From the NCBI GenBank assembly GCA_965246885.1, contig OZ251992.1, positions 2,208,001-2,272,000 of the forward strand: 64,000 bases of DNA, given 5' to 3'. This DNA comes from Abditibacterium sp. (GTDB lineage: Bacteria; Armatimonadota; Abditibacteriia; Abditibacteriales; Abditibacteriaceae). Shown here piece after piece: positions 29,288 through 45,563 of this stretch. The notes beneath the pieces are model-generated. The model saw only the letters and a list, made by a program, of their open reading frames with translations, was not told the origin of the DNA and made no database searches. A program made the position numbers and the translations under genes. The stretch's first letter is position 1, and every line of letters starts with the position of its first letter.

Positions 29288-31348
29288 TTAGCTTGTTGCT
29301 TGCACAACGACGGGCACCGCTTTTTTGTCTTCCGGTTTGAGTTGCGAAAGTAGCAGTATCGGTTGGTCTACGACGCGCTCGCCGTCGCGCAGGCCCGACT
29401 TGATTTCGACGTCGAAGGCGGTTTCGTGCGCGATCTGGACGGCCCGCCATGTGAGCGAAGAGGACGCCGATGCCGTGCCGGAGGAAGCGAGAACGGCGAC
29501 AAACGACGCGCCGTCGCGCGGTAACACGACCGAGGCGGGCACGACGACGGACTTCTCGCTGTTGGGAATGTTGGATGCGACGGCGGGCAGGACACCGGCG
29601 GGCAGTTCGGCTTGCACGGACTTCTCGCCGGTTGCAGGCGCGTTGTCGAGGCTCTGGGCGTCAATTTGCGCGGTGCCTCCGTCGTGGTCGGGCGGAGTAA
29701 TGTGAGTGATGCGAACCGAAAACGTCGGCGCGGGAACGGCGTTTGGTGAGGCAGTAGAGCCGGAAGGGCCGCTCGTGGGCATTGCGGGCGAGGGTGCCGA
29801 GGCACTGTTTTCGGGCGCATCGGCAGAAACGCTGGACGCGGCGCGCAAGGTCTGGCCGACTTGGAGCAACTTCCATGCTCCGCTTCGGTCGCTAAAGCGC
29901 AGGAAGCCGTTTTGCCCGCGCGACAGGCCGAAGATGGGTTGCCCAACGCCAACCTCACGCGCCAAGCGCGCAATCCACGTGACCGTCCCTGCGACGGGGG
30001 CGCGCCCAGAAACAAAGGTGGCGCGCGGCACGGACTGCATGACGGTTTCTTGGGCGGACTGCAAATCCTGCGTGGCGACTTCGACGCGTTGCGAGGTGTC
30101 TTTGACTTGCCGCTCGTACTGCGCGACGCGTGCGCGCACGCGGTCGGCTTGCCGGATGGCGGCCTTCGACTCGCGGAGCGCGGAGGCTACCAAGGGTGCG
30201 GCTTGCTCCGCCGTCATGGTGCGCGCGTCGGCGGAAGCATCGGGGGCACCGGCGCTCTCGTCGGGGGCGGAAGCGGCCTTTGGAGCGGTATCGGCGGAGC
30301 GATGAGCGCGCTGGGCTTCGGCTTGCGCGGCGTCCGCTTTTTGTTGGCGGGATGCGGCGGCGCGCTCGGCGACATCGGCGCGCGTTTGGGTGGCCTTGAG
30401 CGTCGAGGCGGCCTCATCGGCGGTGTCGCGGGCGCTTTGCAACACGTCGGCGGTGATTTTCTCGGCCCCAAAATCCGCTTCGGCCTTGCTGAGGGCCGCC
30501 GCCGACTTCTTGGCAGCGCGTTGCGCGTCGGCAAGGGCTGCTTTGGCGTCGTCGGAATCGGACTGGGCGCTCTCTGCGCTTCCCTTGGCACGTTGCGCGT
30601 CGGCCTGGGCGCGCACTTCTTCGCGGCTGGCGGGCGCCGCTTCGGAGTCAGGGTGGCGCAGGCGTTTTCGCTTCTTTCGGGGTGCGGGAGTGCCCGCTTC
30701 GAGCGGGATTTTCTCGCCGTTAATTAAGCGCTTTACAAGGGTGCGTGTCGAGGCGACTTTCTCCTGCGCGCTGGCGACGCGCTCTTGTGCGGCGGCGAGT
30801 TGGGTGCGGGCGATGGCGAGGTTTTGCGACAGTTCGGCCTGCCCCCGGTTGGCTTCAACTTCGGCGCGCTCGGCGCGGTTTTGATGCGTGGTTTCGACAA
30901 CGGGCGCGGAACGGGACGCGACGCCGGTGGAAATTTCGACTACGCGGTCGCCCGCTTCGACGTGCGCACCCGGCTCGACGACCCAGCGCGCGACTTCGCC
31001 GGAAGCGCGCGCGTGCCCAACGGAGTCCGTCGTCAACTTCCACTCGCCCGACAGCATCCGGGCGCTCGTCTTGGTCGGAACAAGGCGCGCCTGCACCAGT
31101 TGCGAGGCGGGCACAACCATCGGCGCGACGGGTTGAACCGTTGGCCCCGTCGCGCTTTGGGAAGTAACGGGCGGCGGCACGAGGCGAACCATGAGCGCGC
31201 CTACAAGGAGGGCGCCGCCGCACGCCGCAACGGGGCGCATAAAGCCCCAGTCGCGCGGGCGTTTGGGAGCGGCGAGGGCGGCGGGTTGAATTTCGGGAGC
31301 CGGAATTTCGGCGGTGACGAGCGAGGAAGGAGGCGAAGAAGCGTTCAT
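29288..31348 (-). CDS. HlyD/MFP-like protein with very long coiled coil
   Basis: TM, VEPGAHVEAGD lipoyl half, APVAGTV, VVVPASVV and SGLRDGERVV. Confidence 0.7.
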   Translation of the reverse strand: MNASSPPSSLVTAEIPAPEIQPAALAAPKRPRDWGFMRPVAACGGALLVGALMVRLVPPPVTSQSATGPTVQPVAPMVVPASQLVQARLVPTKTSARMLSGEWKLTTDSVGHARASGEVARWVVEPGAHVEAGDRVVEISTGVASRSAPVVETTHQNRAERAEVEANRGQAELSQNLAIARTQLAAAQERVASAQEKVASTRTLVKRLINGEKIPLEAGTPAPRKKRKRLRHPDSEAAPASREEVRAQADAQRAKGSAESAQSDSDDAKAALADAQRAAKKSAAALSKAEADFGAEKITADVLQSARDTADEAASTLKATQTRADVAERAAASRQQKADAAQAEAQRAHRSADTAPKAASAPDESAGAPDASADARTMTAEQAAPLVASALRESKAAIRQADRVRARVAQYERQVKDTSQRVEVATQDLQSAQETVMQSVPRATFVSGRAPVAGTVTWIARLAREVGVGQPIFGLSRGQNGFLRFSDRSGAWKLLQVGQTLRAASSVSADAPENSASAPSPAMPTSGPSGSTASPNAVPAPTFSVRITHITPPDHDGGTAQIDAQSLDNAPATGEKSVQAELPAGVLPAVASNIPNSEKSVVVPASVVLPRDGASFVAVLASSGTASASSSLTWRAVQIAHETAFDVEIKSGLRDGERVVDQPILLLSQLKPEDKKAVPVVVQATS

Positions 31349-31450
31349 ATTCGGGCGCAAGATAATACCAAGAGGCAAGTGTGCCCGCTCCAAGGTGAAG
31401 AGGACGTTAGGAAAGACGAGGAATCTCGCCAAAGTTTCAAAAGATGGCAC

Positions 31451-31485
31451 AAAAAAGCCCGCTTCAAGGGATGAAGCGGGCTTTT
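31451..31485 (-). terminator. Intrinsic terminator after rpoC
   Basis: AAAAAAGCCCGCTTCA...TGAAGCGGGCTTTT. Confidence 0.8.
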
Positions 31486-31501
31486 CGGTTGGGGAATGTT
31501 C

Positions 31502-36244
<4,743 letters not shown>

Positions 36245-36304
36245 TGAGTGTTAGGGTGGAACAGGGTGTTCCGGTTAGCTGGTGTTCACTTGCAAAACTG
36301 TCTC

Positions 36305-36571
36305 TTACGAGGGGAAAGGTAGTTGTTTCACGCGCAGTTCAAAGCGTTCAACTTGAAGTTGGAAGCGTTCGAGCGCGGTTTCGACGCGCTCCTTTTGGAT
36401 TCCTTCGCGCTCTTCGAGGCGGGCGACGCGCAGGTTGAGATCATTGACGAGATCAACCAACTTCTCGAAGCCTTCTTGCAAGTCGCCCAAGTCTTGGCGC
36501 GCTTGTCCGACCCTCTCCTTTGTCAAAAATGCGGAGGACAAACCCTCGCCGAGTAACTCCAGAGGGTTCAC
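36305..36571 (-). CDS. Small hypothetical coiled-coil protein (88 aa)
   Basis: GTG start overlaps the upstream stop (GTGA), preceded by GAGG. Heptad pattern LVDLVNDLNLRVARLEERE. Confidence 0.7.
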   Translation of the reverse strand: MNPLELLGEGLSSAFLTKERVGQARQDLGDLQEGFEKLVDLVNDLNLRVARLEEREGIQKERVETALERFQLQVERFELRVKQLPFPS

Positions 36572-36813
36572 GGGCGCATCGCCTCTAACTTCGCCTTAAC
36601 GCGTTTATTGAAGGACTGCATGGATTCCGACATACGTTCTAACTCCTCTCCCGTTTCCTTCTGAAGTTGGATGAATTTACGCAGAAGTTCGAGTTCTTCG
36701 GGAGATAACTCTCTTTCTGCTGCGACGGGGACGATTTGTCCCCGCATTGGGCCGGAGAGCAGAACGGCTTCGAGTGTCTCCTCCGTCAGTGATGGAGCTA
36801 TGGTGTAACTCAT
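36568..36813 (-). CDS. Small hypothetical protein (81 aa)
   Basis: Fills the rpoB-rpoC gap in operon orientation. EAVLLSGPMRGQIV followed by a helical C-terminus. Visibly lower GC. Confidence 0.7.
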   Translation of the reverse strand: MSYTIAPSLTEETLEAVLLSGPMRGQIVPVAAERELSPEELELLRKFIQLQKETGEELERMSESMQSFNKRVKAKLEAMRP

Positions 36814-36845
36814 AATAAAAAGATTTCCCCCATCGGAGCCGCGCC

Positions 36846-36913
36846 CTCTTTTTCAACGCGGGGCGCGGCCCCGTCTCCTTCTCTTTTCCAACGCGGGGCG
36901 CGGCCCCGTCTCC

Positions 36914-36915
<2 letters not shown>
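36846..36915. repeat. 35-bp tandem duplication with internal palindrome
   Basis: CTCTTTT(T/C)CAACGCGGGGCGCGGCCCCGTCTCCTT twice, with 1 mismatch. Confidence 0.9.
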
Positions 36916-41170
<4,255 letters not shown>

Positions 41171-41409
41171 AAAAATGAAGAGAACTGTCTTTGCAAAGAG
41201 AAACGGAGACGCGCTGTTTAAGGGCTAAGAAAAAGCAAAACGGAGCGCATCAGGAGGAGGAAGTCAAAGCGTTCGCGGGCGAACGTAGCAGGAAGGGCGC
41301 CTTACAAACGCCTGCAGTGGCACAGGGTTCCCGTTCTCTCGAACATCTTCTGAGTCCGTCATCTTTAACTTTTCACAACGAAAAAGCCCCGGTGTTTCAA
41401 TTTCTTCAA

Positions 41410-41612
41410 GGCAGACGGCTGCGACTCATTGCACGACGGCGGCGCGGGAAAGGTGGACACCTGTCCTTCGACGGCAGACTGTCGGCAGGGGAGGACAGAC
41501 GTCTGTCGTTCGTCCGCAGCCGCCCCGTTTTGTCTGACAGACGTCTGTCTTTGGGTGAGGGACATCCGATTTTTGGCGACAGATGGCGGTGATTGAGGCG
41601 CCGCCGTCTGGG
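41410..41612. repeat. Degenerate 21-bp-period array, palindromic core GACAGACGTCTGTC
   Basis: Ten 14-nt cores at exact 21-nt spacing from 41410. Perfect copies at 41494 and 41536. Confidence 0.8.
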
Positions 41613-41722
41613 AACCAATGATTTACCGCGTTTGGATGGGCAAAGAGGTCAAACTTGGGAAAGCGCGGATTGAAAAATGCACGCGCGCCCGTTAGTAACA
41701 CTTTGGAGCCGTCGCTGATTTC

Positions 41723-42733
41723 ATGAAATTAGATTCCAACCTTTCGCTCGACTTATTCGCCGCCGAGGAATCCAACCCTGCACAGGAGCCAGCCATCAAA
41801 ATCGTCGCGGATAACATCTACGACGCTTTTGCGTTCTACGTTCGCATGGAAGTCGCCGACGGCGCCGCCACCGAAGATACCGTTGACGCTTACCACCGCG
41901 AGGTTGCCAACTGGGTGAAGTGGTGTCAGCAGCGCGACTTACCGCCCGAAGCCGCGCAACGTTACCATCTCGAAGCGTTCCGCGAAGACATGAAGCGGCG
42001 CGGCCTCAGCATCCCGACGCGTGCGCACAAGCTGTCTATCATCCGCCGCTTTTACGACGCAGCCATTTATGCTGGCCTTCGCAGCGATAACCCCGTCAAG
42101 GATGTCTGGGCTGGCAAAGACATGACCAACCCCGAAGAAAAGCTCAAAATCCTCTCCGAGGAAGCGTTGTCGGCTCTGGTGAATTCGCTGCCCAGCGAAG
42201 GCTTAAGCGGCAAGCGCGACCGTTGTATCGTCGCCCTTATGGCCGCGCACGGTCTGCGCCGTGTCGAAATCCACCGCCTCAACCATGAAGATATCGAAGG
42301 CGACTTTGCTTCAAACGAACCGGGCGCCCTCGTGGTGGACGGTAAAGCCCACAAGCTGCGCCGCGTTCACCTGCGCGCCGACACGTGGAAGACTGTTACC
42401 TCTTATATAGAAGAGAAACAGGCCGCCAACTACCAGACGCAAGGTGCCATTTTCGTCGGACACGGTAATAACGGACGAGGCCAGCGTCTATCCCGCGTTT
42501 CTATTAACGCCATTGTGGACAAGTACCTGAGCGCCTCGCACCTCAAGAAGGAGGGTGTTTCTTGCCACGCCCTGCGCAGTACGTTTGGGACGCTTGCCAT
42601 CGCGGGCGGTGCCAAGGTCGAACACTTGCGCGATGCGCTGGGCCACGCGCGCTTGGAGACGACGGGCATTTACGTGAAGGCGGTGGAGAAAGCGAAGAAC
42701 AACCCGGCCTTTTTGATCAACGTTGACTTTTGA
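41723..42733 (+). CDS. Tyrosine recombinase/integrase (XerC/D-like)
   Basis: Catalytic residues present: R (GLRRVE), K (DGK), HxxR (HALR), H (LGH), Y (TGIY). N-terminal core-binding domain. Confidence 0.92.
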   Translation: MKLDSNLSLDLFAAEESNPAQEPAIKIVADNIYDAFAFYVRMEVADGAATEDTVDAYHREVANWVKWCQQRDLPPEAAQRYHLEAFREDMKRRGLSIPTRAHKLSIIRRFYDAAIYAGLRSDNPVKDVWAGKDMTNPEEKLKILSEEALSALVNSLPSEGLSGKRDRCIVALMAAHGLRRVEIHRLNHEDIEGDFASNEPGALVVDGKAHKLRRVHLRADTWKTVTSYIEEKQAANYQTQGAIFVGHGNNGRGQRLSRVSINAIVDKYLSASHLKKEGVSCHALRSTFGTLAIAGGAKVEHLRDALGHARLETTGIYVKAVEKAKNNPAFLINVDF

Positions 42734-42789
42734 GTTAACACAACGAAAAGCGGCATTAAGTCAATGTTTCCCAACCGAAACCCTGATTT

Positions 42790-44052
42790 CTAACTTTGAA
42801 TGGGCTTTAGTGCTTCCAATCTGTCAAGCCTGCGCACAACAGGCCACTGCGCGGCGACCAAAGCGACAACGACAAGAGTAACGACACCGCCCCCGGCCAC
42901 AGCCAACACTGGCCCCAGCAGTTGGGCGGCAAGCCCGGATTCCAGTTCGCCGATTTCGTTGCTGGTGCCGATAAACACGGAGTTAATGGCGTTGACGCGC
43001 CCGCGCATTTCATCGGGCGTCAGCAGTTGTAAGAGGGTGGAGCGAATGACGACAGAAATGTTGTCCAGACCACCCAAAGCGGCTAACATTAAGAGGGAAA
43101 ACCAGAAAGTGCGCGAAAGGCCGAACAAGATGGTGGCGCCGCCAAAACCCGCAACGGCCCACAACAAAGCGTGTCCGGCGCGGCGCAATGGCGGACGGGT
43201 GGTTAAGTACACGCTCATCAAAATGGCGCCGAAGGCCGGGGCCGCACGGAGAGGCCCTAATCCTTGTGCCCCAACGTGAAGAATGTCTTTCGCATAAACA
43301 GGTAATAGTGCCGTTGCCCCTCCAAATAAAACTGCGACCATATCGAGGGTGATGGTCGAGAGAATGAGGGGGTTGCCACGCACAAAATGCCATCCGCCCA
43401 GTAGGTGTCCCCAGTTCATTTTCTCAGCGCTACGTGTCTGCCCCTGTGGTTGGACGCGCGCCATCAAAACGCAAAAGGCCAACCGACCCACGCTGTCCAT
43501 TAAGTAGATGGGAGCGGCAGCCCCAAAAAAATGGATCAAATACCCGCCAGCGACGGGGCCAAGCGTCGAGGCCAGTTGCCACCGGATGGAACTCCACTTG
43601 GTCGCGTCAGGCAGTAGGTCATCGCCCACGATGTTGGCGACGAGGGCACCGAGCGCAGGGCCGAAAAAAGCGCCCGAAGTGGCCAACGCTAGAAAGAGAG
43701 CGTAGAACCAGCCAACCGGCAACGCTAAGCGCGACACCCAAAAAAGTAGCCCCAAACACAACGCGGAGAACAGCTGCGCCGCGACGACAACAGTTTTGCG
43801 GTTGAAGCGGTCAGCCACAGTCCCGGCGGGAAGCGCGAGCAAAATTACGGGCAGGGCACCAACTAAACCCAAGAAGCCCAACGAAATCGGCTGGCGGGTG
43901 CGCTCATATAGTTCCCAACTCGCCGCCACACCACTCATTTGCGCGCCGGAAGCGGCGAGGGCACCGCCAAGCCAATAGCGGCGGTAATCAGGCAAGCGCA
44001 AAACAGCCAAGCGGTCGTGGGGCGGAGTTTGGCTTTGGTTGTCAGGGGACAT
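42790..44052 (-). CDS. MFS transporter (MFS_3/H+ antiporter-like)
   Basis: About 12 TMs, AGTVADRFNRK and TPDEMRGRV. Confidence 0.92.
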   Translation of the reverse strand: MSPDNQSQTPPHDRLAVLRLPDYRRYWLGGALAASGAQMSGVAASWELYERTRQPISLGFLGLVGALPVILLALPAGTVADRFNRKTVVVAAQLFSALCLGLLFWVSRLALPVGWFYALFLALATSGAFFGPALGALVANIVGDDLLPDATKWSSIRWQLASTLGPVAGGYLIHFFGAAAPIYLMDSVGRLAFCVLMARVQPQGQTRSAEKMNWGHLLGGWHFVRGNPLILSTITLDMVAVLFGGATALLPVYAKDILHVGAQGLGPLRAAPAFGAILMSVYLTTRPPLRRAGHALLWAVAGFGGATILFGLSRTFWFSLLMLAALGGLDNISVVIRSTLLQLLTPDEMRGRVNAINSVFIGTSNEIGELESGLAAQLLGPVLAVAGGGVVTLVVVALVAAQWPVVRRLDRLEALKPIQS

Positions 44053-44064
44053 AAAAGAGAGGGG

Positions 44065-44934
44065 TCAAACGGGGTGCTTGTAACTGAGCGACTGGCCAAT
44101 GAGGGCAGTGGCCTTGGAACGATTGAGGGTATAGAAGTGGAGACCATCCACGCCGTTGGCCAACAAGTCCTCACTTTGGCGGATGGCATATTCGACGCCT
44201 GCGGCGTGGACGCTTTGCGGATCGGATTCCAACGATTCCAGTTGAAGCAACAACGGGTGCGGAATTTTGGCGCCGCACATCGTCACAAAGCGCTTGGTTT
44301 GCGCGACGTTCAGGATGGGCATGAGGCCAGCGACAAGGGGCACATCGCAACCCATCGCGTGCAGGCGGTCGCGCCATCTATAAAAATCGGCGTTGTCGAA
44401 AAACAACTGAGTGATCACGAACGAGGCGCCCAAATCCACTTTCAGCTTCAAATACTCGGCGTCGCGTACCAAATTCAGGGATTGTGGATGACCTTCGGGG
44501 TAACCAGCGACACCGATACAAAAGTCGTGGCGCGCACGGGCAAAGCGAACCAAGTCGGAAGCGTTGGCGAATCCGCCCTCGGTGACCGAAAAAGTCTGCT
44601 GGCCGGGCGCGGCATCGCCGCGAAGCGCGAGGATGTTGCGAACGCCATCGCCCCACGCGCGGTCGAGGATATCGCCGATCTGATCTTGGGTGTATCCGGC
44701 GCAGGTGAGGTGGCTCATGGCACGAAAGCCCAACTCGTTCTGGACACGTGCTGCCAGTTCGATGGTCGGCTCAGCACCGCCACCGGTGCGGGTGATGGAA
44801 ACAAAGGAAGGCTGTAAAGGCCGCAGTTCGTTAATGGCCTCGAACAATTGCTTGTCGGCGTCTTCGTTTTTGGGTGGGAAGAACTCGAAGGAGAGGGTTT
44901 GGCGACCGGCGCCGAACATTTCGTCTATGCGCAT
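44065..44934 (-). CDS. metF: 5,10-methylenetetrahydrofolate reductase
   Basis: SFEFFPPK, HLTC, LALRGD, GYPEGHP, ITQLFFD and LHFYTLN. Confidence 0.97.
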   Translation of the reverse strand: MRIDEMFGAGRQTLSFEFFPPKNEDADKQLFEAINELRPLQPSFVSITRTGGGAEPTIELAARVQNELGFRAMSHLTCAGYTQDQIGDILDRAWGDGVRNILALRGDAAPGQQTFSVTEGGFANASDLVRFARARHDFCIGVAGYPEGHPQSLNLVRDAEYLKLKVDLGASFVITQLFFDNADFYRWRDRLHAMGCDVPLVAGLMPILNVAQTKRFVTMCGAKIPHPLLLQLESLESDPQSVHAAGVEYAIRQSEDLLANGVDGLHFYTLNRSKATALIGQSLSYKHPV

Positions 44935-45095
44935 AGAAACAAGTTAAACGGTACTGCGCCAAACAGGTTGCGCCCGAAAAGAGCAAACTCTGACGCTGAG
45001 CCGGAAGTCAGTTGGCGGCAGAGCGCCTTTCACCTGACCAAATAGAAATTGTGTCATGTAGAAATTCCACTGCCCCGATCAGGGGGCTTTCTTTT

Positions 45096-45130
45096 AAAAA
45101 CAAACCCGCGACACTTCGAGTGTCGCGGGT
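45096..45130 (-). terminator. Terminator of tmRNA
   Basis: ACCCGCGACAC-TTCGA-GTGTCGCGGGT stem followed by a U-rich tract on the minus strand. Confidence 0.8.
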
Positions 45131-45136
45131 CTGGGT

Positions 45137-45493
45137 TGGAGGCGGAGAGAGTTGAACTCTCGTCCTTCAAACGAACAATCGCAGCGTCTACGGGCATAGC
45201 TTCGCTTTAATTTAACGGGCAAGCTCCGACGAAGCGGCGGGATCTTGCGCGCGATTCTGAATTGATGCCAGTTTCAACCTTTGGATCAGACAAACCTCGA
45301 TTGAAACATCCGTCTTTATGATGACAGAGCAGCCCGACGGACAGGAACTACAACGTCACGGCGCCCTTAGGCAGCCAGAGCCACTGGCTCTTGGTAAGTG
45401 TTGGCAGTTAATTTTTTTGCCCCGTTTAACGTCTCTGAGCCAGACGACCCGCAACCGCGATCTTCAGATTCAAAGTCGAAACCTGTCGCCCCC
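45137..45493 (-). ncRNA. ssrA: tmRNA, tag (A)ANTYQEPVALAA*
   Basis: 5' GGGGGCGACAGGTTTCGAC and 3' GAGAGTTCAACTCTCTCCGCCTCCA with a G3-U70 pair. Tag ORF 45405-45367 ends ALAA. Confidence 0.96.
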
Positions 45494-45563
45494 GAAATTC
45501 AGGCACTTCCGTTGGAAGTCTTTATACAACGTCCAAGCACGCCTTTACGTTCCAACGCTCCGC

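Noticed and set aside
41264..41362. 32-codon uORF in the rpoB leader (MTDSEDVRENG...)
   Set aside because: No SD, no recognisable motif, and the length is expected by chance.
41410..41612. CRISPR array
   Set aside because: Cores are 14 bp and degenerate, spacers are only 7 bp, and there are no cas genes in the window.
45104..45130. Shared CCCGCGACA/TGTCGCGGG stem in the ssrA and ffs terminators as a mobile repeat
   Set aside because: Only 9 bp in two copies, adequately explained as ordinary terminators.
41723..45137. Integrative element inserted at the tmRNA 3' end
   Set aside because: No duplicated ssrA 3' fragment found beyond the integrase. The cargo (metF, MFS) looks housekeeping and the ssrA terminator is intact.
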